Positions 8,971-19,426 of a stretch of DNA of 64,000 bases are shown in pieces. The translations under genes were made by a program, and so were the position numbers. The DNA comes from Hyalangium minutum. Lineage in GTDB: Bacteria; Myxococcota; Myxococcia; Myxococcales; Myxococcaceae. The stretch is from positions 296,985-360,984 of the forward strand of contig NZ_JMCB01000014.1 in NCBI RefSeq assembly GCF_000737315.1, read 5' to 3'. Positions within the stretch are counted from its first letter, which is position 1. Every line of letters begins with the position of its first letter. A model generated the notes under the pieces. It was given only the letters and a program-made list of their open reading frames with translations. It had not been told where the DNA came from and did not search any database.

Positions 8971-9533
8971 ACCGTCGTGAGAAATACACACCGGGTGCCG
9001 CAGCCGGCGCCAAGGTCCAAAAAGAGGGGGAGAAGTGGACGCTCGTGCTCGTCCGAGACCTCCGCCACCCTCCTGCCAAGGTCTGGGAGGCGATCACGGA
9101 CCCCGAGCACCTCCGCGAATGGGCTCCGTTCGATTCGGACCGGAGCCTCGGGGCCGTGGGCACCGCCAGGCTCTCGACCGTGGGGGCGCCAACGCCGATG
9201 GTCTCCGAGACCCAGGTGAAGCGGGCCGATGCGCCCAAGCTGCTGGAGTACAGCTGGGGGGGACAGGACATCCGCTGGGAGCTGGAGCCGCTGGCAGGCC
9301 AAGGCACCCGGCTCACGCTCTGGCACAACATTGATCGCCGCTTCATTGCGATGGGCGCTGCGGGCTGGCACATCTGCCTCGACGTGCTCGATGGGCTCCT
9401 CGCAGGCGAGCCCATCGGCCGCCTCGTCGCCGCCGACGCCCTGAAGTTCGACGGCTGGCAGCGATTGCACGCCGAGTACGCCCAGCAGTTCGGCGTTGAG
9501 ACTCCTGGTTTTCCCCCTCTCCCGCGGACCTGA
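8967..9533 (+). CDS. SRPBCC (AHSA1-like) domain protein
   Basis: LVRDLRHPPAKVWEAITDPEHLREW, GWHICLD; ATGA overlap with arsR. Confidence 0.88.
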   Translation: MNRREKYTPGAAAGAKVQKEGEKWTLVLVRDLRHPPAKVWEAITDPEHLREWAPFDSDRSLGAVGTARLSTVGAPTPMVSETQVKRADAPKLLEYSWGGQDIRWELEPLAGQGTRLTLWHNIDRRFIAMGAAGWHICLDVLDGLLAGEPIGRLVAADALKFDGWQRLHAEYAQQFGVETPGFPPLPRT

Positions 9534-9535
9534 AC

Positions 9536-9937
9536 ATGCCCCGCTCCAAAGGAATGGTCATCGGCTTCTGGATCGCCACCGCGCTCTTCTGCCTGCAGAT
9601 AGGCTTCACCGCCTATGCGCAGTTGCAACTGCCGCAGGTGGCGGAGGCGTTCACCCACCTCGGCTTCCCCGCATACTTCCGGGTGGAGCTCTCGTGGGCC
9701 AAGTTCCTCGGCGTGGCGCTGCTGCTTGCACCAGTGTCGGCGCGGCTCAAGGAGTGGGCCTACGCCGGCTTCGCCATCACCCTCGTCTCCGCGCTCGTTG
9801 CCCACTTCTCGGTGGGCGATGGCCCGCAGGCGTGGGGCTGGGCAGCGGCCACCGGCGTGCTCTGGGGGCTCTCGTACTTCCTCTGGCGCCGCATCCAGGC
9901 CACGCCGGCGAGCGTGCCTGGCCGCGCGGCCGCCTGA
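9536..9937 (+). CDS. DoxX-like membrane protein
   Basis: Four hydrophobic segments; [17 protein letters not shown]. Confidence 0.85.
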   Translation: MPRSKGMVIGFWIATALFCLQIGFTAYAQLQLPQVAEAFTHLGFPAYFRVELSWAKFLGVALLLAPVSARLKEWAYAGFAITLVSALVAHFSVGDGPQAWGWAAATGVLWGLSYFLWRRIQATPASVPGRAAA

Positions 9938-12900
9938 GAGAAGCTCCACGCGACACGGCCGGTTCGACGTGGACCTGTCGCTCGCAGCGGTCGAGGCCTC
10001 CTTTGGCCTGAGTCCAGGGACTGGGCCCATGCACTGCGTGACTCGTTGCTCGCGAACACGACAGGCGTGCGCCGGCACTGACGGGAGCCCAGCGGGTTGC
10101 GCGGATTGCGCAGAGATAAGGCCAGGAGCACCAAGGCCCAGGTGGCGGGGAGCGCGGGGGCAGTGGTGCACCCCTCCCAGCCGTAATGGCTCTGCTGAGG
10201 AAGGTTGAAACGAGACTGGGAGATGGTGCTGGTATTGCCCGCCGCATCGATGGCGATGGCGGAGAGGGTGTGGTCCCTGAACGCCAACGGGGTGGTCAGC
10301 ATGGAGTGCCAAGTGCCATCAGCGCCCGCGCTGGCCGTCGCGGCCTGCGACTCATCATCATCCAGCCAGAATTTCACCGTGCTGCCCGCCTCTGCAGTGC
10401 CGCCAATGCTGGGGGTGGGGGTATCGACGAAGGCTGCAGGCTCAATCACAGCGGGCGCGGCTGGCGGCACGGTGTCGACTGTGAAGGATCGGCTTGAAGT
10501 GGAGCTGATATGACCGACCATGTCCGTGGCGAAGGTCCTGGCTGAGTAGACTCCGTCGTTGATCGCAGTGCTCAGAGTGAAACTCCAGGCCCCTGTCACG
10601 TCTGCCTTCACGGTGCCGAAAGTCATATCATCCAGAGACACCGTAATCGTGCTCCCAGTCTCAGCCTTGCCGCTAATCGTGAGTCTGGATGTAGAGACGA
10701 AGTTCCCGGGCGAAGTCATCACGGGCGCTGGTGGAGGAGTGGTGTCGACCGTGAAACAGAGTGCCTCGGAGCCAGGGCTGAGATTGCCTGCTTTGTCCCG
10801 GGCGGCGGTCGTGATCAGGTAGGCAGCATCGGGCAAAACCGTGCCCGGGGTGAATCTCCAACTCCCCGTTGCATCCGCCACGGTGGTGCCTGCCATGCTC
10901 CCACCGAGCCACACGGTGACTTGGCTCTCCGCCTCCGCCGTGCCCTCGATGACGGGCAGACCGTTGTTGAAGCCTGCGGGCGGAAGCGTTACCACGGGCG
11001 CTCGAGGGGGCACGGTGTCGACCGTGAAGAAGGAGCTGTTCAAGGCTGGGGGACTGAGATTGCCCGCCGCATCGGTGGCGGTGACTCTGAACAGGTGGAG
11101 TCCATTGACGAGTGCTGGAGGGGTGAAACTCCAAGCTCCCAGGGTATCCACCGGGACGGTGCCTCTCGTCTTGTCTGCATCCAGCGACACCGTGACGGTG
11201 GTGCCGGGCTCGGCCGTACCTGCAATAACAGGGGTGAGTGTGTTAGTGAATGCTCCTGGCGCGGTGATCACGGGTGTTTCTGGCGGGAGGGTGTCCACCG
11301 TGAAACGGTGTTCCTCGCAGTCAGGACCGATGTTGCCTATCGCATCGATTTCGAAGGCCGAGACGCTGTGCGGGCCCTCCGCCAATGCGCTGGCTGGGGT
11401 GACACTCCAAAGGCCCTGTGAGTCGGCCTGAACTGTGCCTGCAAGGCTTCCGTCCAGCCGCACGTCCACCGTGTTATCGGGCCTCGCGGTGCCGCTGATG
11501 GTGGGCTTCGAGGTATTGGCCCAGGAAATAGGTGAGGTAATGGCAGGCGCTGAAGGAGCAGGCCCCGTGATGAGCACCAACTGCCCACCGTGGATGCCAT
11601 TGGCCGTCACGGAGAGGATGTAATGGCCATTCGCAACCCAGGGTGTCCGGAAGGATATTTCCGTGTCAGAGAATAAGTCCAAAGCCTGGATACGCGTCAG
11701 CTTTCCTCCTTCCAGCGCGATAAGGCTGGCGACGGGCGCGTTCGTGGCAGAACTCTGGGTATTACCGCTGCTGGCCTCCGAGAGGCCTCGCAAGAGGCTC
11801 CCACTGATACGGAATTCCTCGCCCGGATGTTGCTCGGCGAGCGGGGTAATGACAGGGCGCCATTCCTGGCGAGCTCCCGTGTCTTCATACACCTCCGCGC
11901 TGGCCAGGGAAGGGCCCCAGCTATACCCCCCGGTGACGAGGACTTTTCCGGAGGGCAACAGGGTCGCCGTGTGGAGATAGCGAGCGGAGGCCATGGAGGT
12001 GGTGGAGTTCCAGGCGCCCGTGGCCGGGTCGTACACCTCCGCGCTGGCGGGGCCGCTGCCTCCTGTGACGAGGACCTTTCCGGAGGGCAACAAGGTCGCC
12101 GTATGGCGATAGCGAGCGGAGGACATGGAGATGGTGGAACTCCAGGTGCCCGTGGCCGGGTCGTACACCTCCGCGCTGGCGGGGCGGTGGGTGGGGTCAC
12201 TGCCTCCTGTGACGAGGACCTTTCCGGAGGGCAACAAGGTCGCCGTGTGGAACTCGCGCGTGGAGGCCATGGAGGTGGTGGAACTCCAGGCGCCCGTGGT
12301 CGGGTCGTACACCTCCGCGCTCGCCAGAGGGATGTTGTCGTTATCTCCCCCGGTGACGAGGACTTTTCCGGAGGGCAACAGGGTCGCCGTGTGGCTAGAG
12401 CGAGCGGAGGCCATGGAGGTGGTGGAACGCCAGGTGCCCGTGGCCGGGTCGTACACCTCCGCGCTGGCCAGGGTGCTGTTGTCACGAAAGCCCCCGGTGA
12501 CGAGGACTTTTCCGGAGGGCAACAGGGTCGCCGTGTGGCGACAGCGAGCAGAGGCCAAGGAGGCAGTGGAACTCCAGATGCCCGTGGCCGGGTCGTACAC
12601 CTCCGCGCTCGCCAAGTATGAGGTGGCGCCATAGCCCCCGGTGACGAGGACCTTTCCAGAGGGCAACAGGGTCGCCGTGTGGTGAGAGCGAGCAGAGGCC
12701 ATGGAGGCGGTGGAACTCCAGACGCCCGTGGCCGGGTCGTACACCTCCGCGCTGACCGGGAAACCGTACCCGGTGACGAGGACCTTTCCGGAGGGCAACA
12801 GGGTCGCCGTGTGGAACTCGCGCGTGGAGGCCATGGAGGTGGTGGAACTCCAGGCGCCCGTGGCCGGGGCGTGCACCTCCGCGGTTGCCCAGAGGCCATT

Positions 12901-14094
12901 GCCGCCATATCCCCCGGTGACGAGAACTCCTCCGGAAGGCAACAGGGTCGCCGTGTGAAACTCGCGCGTGGAGGCCATGGAGGTGGTGGAACTCCAGGTG
13001 CCCGTGACCGGGTCGTACACCTCCGCGCTGGCCAGGGTGCCGTCGCTGCCAATCCCCCCGGTGACGAAAACCCCTCCAGAGGGCAACAGGGTTGCCGTGT
13101 GGCCATAGCGAGCGGAGGCCATGGAGGTGGTGGAACGCCAGGTGCCTGTGGCCGGGTCGTACACCTCCGCGCTGGCCAGAGGGCTGTTGCCAAATCTCCC
13201 TCCGGTGACGAGGACCTTTCCGGAGGGCAACAGGGTCGCCGTGTGGCCATAGCGAGCGGAGGCCATGGAGGTGATGGAACTCCAGGTGCCCGTGGCCGGG
13301 TCGTACACCTCCGCGCTGGCTATAGGGCTGTTGTCGATATCTCCCCCGGTGACGAGGACTTTTCCGGAGGGCAACAGGGTCGCCGTGTGGCGACAGCGAG
13401 CAGAGGCCAAGGAGGCAGTGGAACTCCAGGTGCCTGTGGCCGGGTCGTACACCTCCGCGCTGGCCAAGCAGGAGGTGGCGTCATAGCCCCCGGTGACGAG
13501 GACCTTTCCGGAGGGCAACAGGGTCACCGTGTGGTGAGAGCGAGCAAAGGCCATGGAGGCGGTGGAATTCCAGGTGCCCGTGGCTGGGTCGTACACCTCC
13601 GCGCTGGCCAGGGTGTTGTAGACAAATCCCCCTCCGGTGACGAGGACCTTCCCGGAGGGCAATACGGTCGCCGTGTGGAACTCGCGTATGGCGGCCATGG
13701 AGGCGGTGGAACTCCAGACGCCCGTGGCCGGGTCGTACACCTCTGCGCTGGCCAGGTTGGCGATGCTGCCATATCCCCCGGTGATGAGGACTTTTCCGGA
13801 TGGTAACAGGGTCGCCGTGTGGCCATAGCGAGCGGAGGCCATATCCCCCGTGTAATTCCACTGTCCAGAGGAGAGCGCCTGTGCCTGCAGATGCCTCGGA
13901 GGCAGCACTTGACCTCCAGCCTGCGGTGCCTCACTGCAAGCAAGCCACAGCCATACCGAGGCCAGGGCAAGCCACGCCACGTGCTTCAGTTCGGAACGAG
14001 GTGAGGCGAGCAAAGCGGGCGGCCTGGAACGAGAGAGGGAACTGCGGTTGCTGCTGAAACCTGAGCCGCGGGGAGGGGAGGGAAAATCGGTCAC
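9760..14094 (-). CDS. Large surface lipoprotein: 14 Kelch repeats, galactose-oxidase-like Ig domain, about 5 bacterial Ig-like repeats, MYXO-CTERM sorting signal (true start may be GTG 13980)
   Basis: Repeat SMASAR[17 protein letters not shown]...[12 protein letters not shown]; DT-PP-AP...D-AGN Ig repeats; [25 protein letters not shown]; lipobox WLAC. Confidence 0.88.
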   Translation of the reverse strand: MTDFPSPPRGSGFSSNRSSLSRSRPPALLASPRSELKHVAWLALASVWLWLACSEAPQAGGQVLPPRHLQAQALSSGQWNYTGDMASARYGHTATLLPSGKVLITGGYGSIANLASAEVYDPATGVWSSTASMAAIREFHTATVLPSGKVLVTGGGFVYNTLASAEVYDPATGTWNSTASMAFARSHHTVTLLPSGKVLVTGGYDATSCLASAEVYDPATGTWSSTASLASARCRHTATLLPSGKVLVTGGDIDNSPIASAEVYDPATGTWSSITSMASARYGHTATLLPSGKVLVTGGRFGNSPLASAEVYDPATGTWRSTTSMASARYGHTATLLPSGGVFVTGGIGSDGTLASAEVYDPVTGTWSSTTSMASTREFHTATLLPSGGVLVTGGYGGNGLWATAEVHAPATGAWSSTTSMASTREFHTATLLPSGKVLVTGYGFPVSAEVYDPATGVWSSTASMASARSHHTATLLPSGKVLVTGGYGATSYLASAEVYDPATGIWSSTASLASARCRHTATLLPSGKVLVTGGFRDNSTLASAEVYDPATGTWRSTTSMASARSSHTATLLPSGKVLVTGGDNDNIPLASAEVYDPTTGAWSSTTSMASTREFHTATLLPSGKVLVTGGSDPTHRPASAEVYDPATGTWSSTISMSSARYRHTATLLPSGKVLVTGGSGPASAEVYDPATGAWNSTTSMASARYLHTATLLPSGKVLVTGGYSWGPSLASAEVYEDTGARQEWRPVITPLAEQHPGEEFRISGSLLRGLSEASSGNTQSSATNAPVASLIALEGGKLTRIQALDLFSDTEISFRTPWVANGHYILSVTANGIHGGQLVLITGPAPSAPAITSPISWANTSKPTISGTARPDNTVDVRLDGSLAGTVQADSQGLWSVTPASALAEGPHSVSAFEIDAIGNIGPDCEEHRFTVDTLPPETPVITAPGAFTNTLTPVIAGTAEPGTTVTVSLDADKTRGTVPVDTLGAWSFTPPALVNGLHLFRVTATDAAGNLSPPALNSSFFTVDTVPPRAPVVTLPPAGFNNGLPVIEGTAEAESQVTVWLGGSMAGTTVADATGSWRFTPGTVLPDAAYLITTAARDKAGNLSPGSEALCFTVDTTPPPAPVMTSPGNFVSTSRLTISGKAETGSTITVSLDDMTFGTVKADVTGAWSFTLSTAINDGVYSARTFATDMVGHISSTSSRSFTVDTVPPAAPAVIEPAAFVDTPTPSIGGTAEAGSTVKFWLDDDESQAATASAGADGTWHSMLTTPLAFRDHTLSAIAIDAAGNTSTISQSRFNLPQQSHYGWEGCTTAPALPATWALVLLALSLRNPRNPLGSRQCRRTPVVFASNESRSAWAQSLDSGQRRPRPLRATGPRRTGRVAWSFSQAAARPGTLAGVAWMRRQRKYESPQSTPVAAAQPHACGPSPTEKWATSAETRVMAKPA

Positions 14095-14258
14095 GGGAGT
14101 CCGCTAAAAGCCAGAGGGCGAGTTCATCCTCCGTGAATGCAAGCGATGGACCTGGGGTGCCCATGCTCCGCGAACAGCAGTTCGGGGCTTATCGGCTCGG
14201 CACTGGGCGCCAGGGGATCCCCCGCTTCGGGCTGGGCTCGGAGGCGCCCGGACACAAC

Positions 14259-14321
14259 TGACGCGCCAATTGACGCGCCAGCGCGCTCGTTGACGCGCCA
14301 GCGCGCTCGTTGACGCGTCAA
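14259..14321. repeat. Short tandem repeat of TGACGCGCCA(GCGCGCTCGT) ending in the palindrome TTGACGCGTCAA
   Basis: Cores at 14259, 14271, 14291 and 14311. Confidence 0.75.
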
Positions 14322-14459
14322 CCGCTCGGAGTCTCGGAGGTGCGAGAGCCTTGAGACATGCGCCGCTGCAGGTGGGGGGCCAGATGCCTCAACGTTAAGA
14401 CACGGGGTCCGCGCCGAGTACCTCCAGGCTTGGCTTCCGTCCACCTACTCGTGAGGGAG

Positions 14460-14560
14460 TCTACGGGAGCCTCACAGCCAGGACTCGCGAACACGTCCAA
14501 CGCCAAGGTGCGACGCAGCAACCCCGCCCCATCCAGCCCAGGCTTGCGCCCCTTCTTCGA
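14460..14560 (-). mobile_element. Third, decayed IS91-like transposase fragment
   Basis: LDGAGLLRRTLALDVFAS corresponds to VDWAELLSRTFDFEVFAC of the 3295-3558 ORF. Confidence 0.55.
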
Positions 14561-14813
14561 GCTGACGCCGAGCCCGGACATCCAGGGGGACTGGTCCCCG
14601 GCACCGGCCACCATCGAGGTCAACGGCGTGGCGGCCGCCGGCTCGCTATTGATGGACACCGGCGTCCCCTCCATGTTCCTCAGGCCACCGGAGGACACTT
14701 CGCAGGTGCCCCCCAAGCCCGTCCTCGTGCCCGCTCAGCCCGTCCCCAATGGCACCGAGGAGTGGACGCGTGGAGCCAAGGCGGAGTTCAGTGGCGTGGT
14801 ACCCAGCAAGTAG
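14560..14813 (+). pseudogene. 3' fragment of an unknown gene with a DTG aspartyl-protease-like motif
   Basis: IEVNG...GSLLMDTGVPSMFL in coding-like sequence; 5' part replaced by the IS scar. Confidence 0.3.
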
Positions 14814-14837
14814 TTCAGCCCTGAGGAGCGAGGACTC

Positions 14838-16994
14838 CTACCGATAGACCTCGATGTAGTCGAGCTCTGTGAACTGGGCCCCTTTCGTGAAACGGATCGT
14901 GTTGGTGCCCGCGTTGAGGTTCACGGTGGTGGTGGCCGCCGTCCAGACATCGACGCCATTGTTGGCATAGCTCTGGCTGAAGGAAGCGCCTCCATTGACC
15001 GAGATGTTGTGGCTGCTGCTCCCCCAGCCATTGCTGTAGAGCGTGCGCAGGGTATAGGTGCCCGCGCTGGGGACATTGACCCGGAACTCCACGAAACTGT
15101 CCGCGTAGTCGATGTAGCCGACCTTCTGGCCGTTCGACGCGCTGGCGTGGGAGGCGATCGCGGCGCGAGAGATCGTCGCGTTCTCGGCCTCGTAGCGGGG
15201 CAGCTCGAGGTAGTCCAGCTCGGTGAAGTTGCTGCCCTTCGTGAAGGAGAGCGTGTTGTTCCCAGCGTTCAGGGGGACCTGCAGCGTTAGCGACGTCCAG
15301 ACATCCACGCCGTTGTTGGCATAGTTCACGCTGAAGGGCACACCCCCGTTGACCGAGACATTGTGGCTGCTAGCGCCCCAGCCATTGCCATAACGCACGG
15401 TCACCGCGTGCGTGCCGGCCTTGGGGACGTTGACGGTGAAGCGCACCGCGCTGTCCGCGGAGTCGATGTACCCAGCCTTCTGCCCATTCGACGCGCTCGC
15501 GATGGCGGCGACACGGGCATTCGTCAACTGCGCGTGCTCGGCCTCGTACCGGGTGGCGTCGGTCGCGCTGGCGCTGATGTCGACCCGATCGATCGTGAGG
15601 TAGTAGCCACCGGAGGCCCCATTCTTGGTGCCGGTGACACGGAGCTTGAGCGTGTGCGGGCCAGGGCTGAGCACGGGGCTGATGTACATGGCCTGATGGC
15701 CCTGGCGCGGTGACTGGTAGAAGTCCACGAGCGTCTCCGGCCCCCCATCGATCGAGACCGCCCCGATGCCGTGGGAGGGATCCTTCGCGCCATAGAGGAC
15801 GATCTGCGTGCCGTTGAAGCGCACCTGCACGGAGGCGTTGGCGGTGTTGGAGTAGTGATCATCCCCCTGATAGCAGCCGACCCCGCAGGAAGGTCCGTAG
15901 TTCCAACTCCCGGTGTACTCGAACTGCTGGAGGCCCGTGCCGGTGGCGTTGTCGTTCAGCGTGATGGGGCTGGGCCCGTTGTCTCCCGAGGGCTTGGTCA
16001 GCGTGGCGCCGAGAGACACCGGGCTGCCGAGGTTCGGCGTCCCGTCGGAGTTCCAGGTGATGCGCTGCGCGCGGGTCGTGCGGCCGTTGTACGTGAACTC
16101 GGCGGTGGTCTTCGCGTGATAGATGATCCAGTCCTCGGTCCCATCGGGCGACTTGAAAAACCCATGGTGCCCGGGCCCGAAGGCCCCGTTGGCATCGTTG
16201 CGCTGGAACACCGGGACGGCCGTCTGTGTCCAGGAGGCGGGGTTCATCACGTTGCTGCTCTCGTTGGCGGTGAGCATGCCGAGCCTGTAGTCCGGCTTGC
16301 CCGTATCGCAGGCGGAGTAGGTCAGGAAGATCCGGCCGTTGCGCTGGAGAACCACCGGGCCTTCACGCACCTCGGTGCATCCAAAGCCAGACGCGGGGAG
16401 GTTGGCCCGGGCGCCGCTGATGGTCCACGGGTTGCTCATCGGTGCGATGTAGAGCAGGTGCCCCGGGTGCCCGGCCCATAGGAAGTACAGCGAGCCGTCG
16501 CTCTTGCGCAGGACACTGCCGTCGATGGCGTAGTACTGGTTGTTGGGATCAGTCGCGATCCGGCCCTTGTCCGTGTAGGGGCCGAGCGGATCCGTCCCGC
16601 TGCTCTCCAGGACATACATGCGGTGGTTGACGTCAACCCCGTCGTCCTTGGTGTAGTAGAGGTACCAGCGGAGGCCGTTGGGACCATTGAGCAGGTGGAA
16701 CTCGGCTGCCCAGACGTTGCAGCACCCGGTCCACACGGTCGTCGGAGAGGCTGTCAGCAGGCCCGAGATCGACGCCGCCTTCCAGATCTTGATCGAGCTC
16801 CCCTGGGTGGTGGCCAGGTAGTAGTAGCCATTGTGGTACTGCATCCACGGGTCCGCGCTGGTGTTCAGCGGGTTGACGAACGTCCCCGATGCGTGGGCAC
16901 GCGGCGCGATGAGCAAGAATAGGCCGCACACCATCACGTGCAGCAGCACAGCGGCCTTCCACGAGGTGGCTTGAAGGCGCGAGGGGATCACCAT
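14838..16994 (-). CDS. Secreted GH43 glycoside hydrolase (arabinofuranosidase/xylosidase-like) with a jelly-roll domain and two CBM6/35-like modules
   Basis: ADPW, WAAE, AIDG, EGP, GPGH five-blade propeller motifs; two YEAE modules; ATG 16994. Confidence 0.9.
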   Translation of the reverse strand: MVIPSRLQATSWKAAVLLHVMVCGLFLLIAPRAHASGTFVNPLNTSADPWMQYHNGYYYLATTQGSSIKIWKAASISGLLTASPTTVWTGCCNVWAAEFHLLNGPNGLRWYLYYTKDDGVDVNHRMYVLESSGTDPLGPYTDKGRIATDPNNQYYAIDGSVLRKSDGSLYFLWAGHPGHLLYIAPMSNPWTISGARANLPASGFGCTEVREGPVVLQRNGRIFLTYSACDTGKPDYRLGMLTANESSNVMNPASWTQTAVPVFQRNDANGAFGPGHHGFFKSPDGTEDWIIYHAKTTAEFTYNGRTTRAQRITWNSDGTPNLGSPVSLGATLTKPSGDNGPSPITLNDNATGTGLQQFEYTGSWNYGPSCGVGCYQGDDHYSNTANASVQVRFNGTQIVLYGAKDPSHGIGAVSIDGGPETLVDFYQSPRQGHQAMYISPVLSPGPHTLKLRVTGTKNGASGGYYLTIDRVDISASATDATRYEAEHAQLTNARVAAIASASNGQKAGYIDSADSAVRFTVNVPKAGTHAVTVRYGNGWGASSHNVSVNGGVPFSVNYANNGVDVWTSLTLQVPLNAGNNTLSFTKGSNFTELDYLELPRYEAENATISRAAIASHASASNGQKVGYIDYADSFVEFRVNVPSAGTYTLRTLYSNGWGSSSHNISVNGGASFSQSYANNGVDVWTAATTTVNLNAGTNTIRFTKGAQFTELDYIEVYR

Positions 16995-17188
16995 GGGAGT
17001 CCTCCTGGAGAGGCGCCCATCGAAGAGCAAATCCGGGTGCCACGTCAATCAAAACAAGAAAAACAAGACATCATAGAAACCCAGGTTTGGAGACCCTGCC
17101 CCTGGGCTGGCCAGCAAGCGGCGCCGCGGACGCGGGTCACAGGCGCGGAGAGGCGACTCCGGCGAGGAAAACCCTCACGGAGCCCCGC

Positions 17189-18028
17189 ATGCCCTCTCTT
17201 CGTATCGTCTCGTGGAACAGCACTGGCGAGAGCCAGCAGAAGGCCGTCGAGCTCCAGGCGGTCCAACCGGTCCTGGCCGGACTCTATCCGGCGGCCCCAG
17301 ACGTGGATGTCTTCCTGGTCCAGGAGGCCCAGCAAGCGGCGGGTGGTTCCATCTCGAGCATGCTCGATACGGACCCCGCGACGCCCGCGACGGGGGTCAG
17401 CGTCGGCCCAGCCTACCAGCGCCCGGCGGCCCACCAGCCCGAGCTGACCACGGGAGGAGGGGCTGGCCACATCTGCCTGGTGCACAACGGCGTCGTGGTG
17501 AACACGCCGCTGACCCTCTGGGACTACGCCACGGATCCCGCGCTCAACGGATGGATCGCCAGCTTGCCCGGGCATCTCCAGGCCACGGCGCAGACTGCGA
17601 CGACGCACCGGCCGCCGGCCTACGCGGTCCTCACAGTGGGTGGCTCCACGGCCATGCTGATCACCTGGCATGCGCCCTTGGGAGTACCCGCGCTGGCGCC
17701 AGGCTATACCATGCCGGGAAATGGGCTGATTGATGCCTACCTGGTGATGGAGAACAGCGGCCTGCTGCAGCAGGCCCAGGCCCAGGTGCTCGCCACGGAT
17801 GGGGTGGTGATCATCGCCGGGGATCTCAACACCACGTCCCAGGGGCTGGCCGCCAACTACCCGATCGCCACCGGCTACAACCCGCTGCCGGACTTCGTCG
17901 GCTTCAGCGACAACGTCAGCCACATCCTGGCCTGGCGGCCCAGCGGCAATGTGGTGACCGTCCAAGAGGGCCACAGCACGGACAGCTCCAGCGTGCACCG
18001 CATCATCTCGGCACGCGTCTCCTGGTGA
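17189..18028 (+). CDS. Endonuclease/exonuclease/phosphatase (DNase I-like) fold protein
   Basis: IVSWN, FLVQE, ITWHAP, IIAGDLN, terminal SVH in place of SDH; ATG 17189. Confidence 0.7.
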   Translation: MPSLRIVSWNSTGESQQKAVELQAVQPVLAGLYPAAPDVDVFLVQEAQQAAGGSISSMLDTDPATPATGVSVGPAYQRPAAHQPELTTGGGAGHICLVHNGVVVNTPLTLWDYATDPALNGWIASLPGHLQATAQTATTHRPPAYAVLTVGGSTAMLITWHAPLGVPALAPGYTMPGNGLIDAYLVMENSGLLQQAQAQVLATDGVVIIAGDLNTTSQGLAANYPIATGYNPLPDFVGFSDNVSHILAWRPSGNVVTVQEGHSTDSSSVHRIISARVSW

Positions 18029-18104
18029 GCGGCGTCACAACGGACTCGAGCGGTCTCTGTGATTTTTGAGGCCGGTTTTCTTCACCGGCCCGGGGACAGA
18101 ACTC

Positions 18105-19421
18105 ATGACTCACGCTCACGATCTTCCCGCTGCGGTGCAGTGGCACGAAGGGATGTTGCTCGCGCCTCAGCACTTTCAGCAGCAGGACCGCCGCCACGAG
18201 GCCCTCCTTCAGCTCCACCTCAGCCTGGCCATGCCCTTCCACTGGGGCGTGCGCCAGCTCCAGTATGATCGCTCGCTGTTGGCCGCAGGCACGCTCCAGT
18301 TGCAGGAGCTGGAGGCGGTGCTTCCGGATGGGCTCATCCTCTCCCACCGGATGGGCGAGGCGGGCGAGCTGCGGCTGGCGCTCCATGGCCTGCAGGGGGT
18401 GGACTGGCAGCGTCCCATACGCCTGCATGTCGCGGTGGCCTCCGAGAGAGGCAGCGCCCCCGGCCCCAGCCGCTTCATCTCCACCACGAGCGAGCCGCTC
18501 GCCGACGAGAGCACAGGCAGCCTGCCGCTGCGCATTGCTCAGCTCCAGCCACGGCTCGCGCTGTTCGCGGGCCCGCCTCCCGCCGGCTACTGCGCGCTCC
18601 CGCTGCTCGAGGTCCGCCGCGAGCACGAAGCCTTCGCCGTGGAGGACTACCTGCCCCCGCTGCTGACGGTGCCCTTCGACTCTCCGCTGGCGGAGGGGTG
18701 TGATCGGCTCGCCCTGCGCATCCGGCAGAAGGCCACCAGCCTGGTGGAGCAGCTCCACACCCAGGAGGCCGAGTCCGCGCAGCTCGCCGGGGGCCCGCAC
18801 CTGCTGCGCTGGCTCGTGGCCGGGCTCCCGGCCTTCGAGGCCGTGCTCCGCACGGGCACCGCCCATCCCTTCAGCCTCTACCTGGCGCTGTGCGCGCTGG
18901 CCGGACACCTCGCCCCCCTGAGCGAGGGCCGCATCCCTCCGGCCTTCCCCGCCTACGAGCACCTGGACCTCCGGCGCTCCTTCCAGGCGGTCCTCTCCTT
19001 CATCGAGAGCACGCTGGAGCAAGGCGTCTCGGAGGCCTACACCCGCGTCCAGCTCACGCCCGAGGGTGGCGGCTTCAGCACGCGCATCCTGCCCCAGTGG
19101 ACGGACCGCGAGCTGGTGCTCGAGGTGCACGGCCGGGCGGGGACGACGCGCCAGCAGGTGCTCGGGTGGATGGCGGGGTGCCGCATCGGCTCGGAGAGCC
19201 GCCACCGGGTGATGCGGGAGACGCGCACGCTCGGGGCCCGCCGCGAGCTCATCGACAGCCGGCCGGGCCTGGTGCCCCGCTCCGGCACGCTCCTGTTCTC
19301 CCTGGAGTCCAGCTCCGCCTTCATCCGCCCGGATGAGCGGCTGGTGCTCGAGAACATCCTCGAGCCGGGCGAAGTGCATGCCCCCGCCGAGGTCTTCCTG
19401 CTCATTCGCAACGACAGGTAA
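18105..19421 (+). CDS. tssK: T6SS baseplate subunit TssK
   Basis: VQWHEGMLLAPQHFQQQ, HPF-LY..L, Y-H-DL..SF. Confidence 0.92.
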   Translation: MTHAHDLPAAVQWHEGMLLAPQHFQQQDRRHEALLQLHLSLAMPFHWGVRQLQYDRSLLAAGTLQLQELEAVLPDGLILSHRMGEAGELRLALHGLQGVDWQRPIRLHVAVASERGSAPGPSRFISTTSEPLADESTGSLPLRIAQLQPRLALFAGPPPAGYCALPLLEVRREHEAFAVEDYLPPLLTVPFDSPLAEGCDRLALRIRQKATSLVEQLHTQEAESAQLAGGPHLLRWLVAGLPAFEAVLRTGTAHPFSLYLALCALAGHLAPLSEGRIPPAFPAYEHLDLRRSFQAVLSFIESTLEQGVSEAYTRVQLTPEGGGFSTRILPQWTDRELVLEVHGRAGTTRQQVLGWMAGCRIGSESRHRVMRETRTLGARRELIDSRPGLVPRSGTLLFSLESSSAFIRPDERLVLENILEPGEVHAPAEVFLLIRNDR

Positions 19422-19426
19422 ACGCC

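Noticed and set aside
8635-9937. ArsR-SRPBCC-DoxX operon as a novel system
   Set aside because: Common, widely distributed arrangement
11880-13860. Diversity-generating retroelement target in the Kelch loops
   Set aside because: No reverse transcriptase or TR/VR pair; variation is not adenine-specific and includes indels
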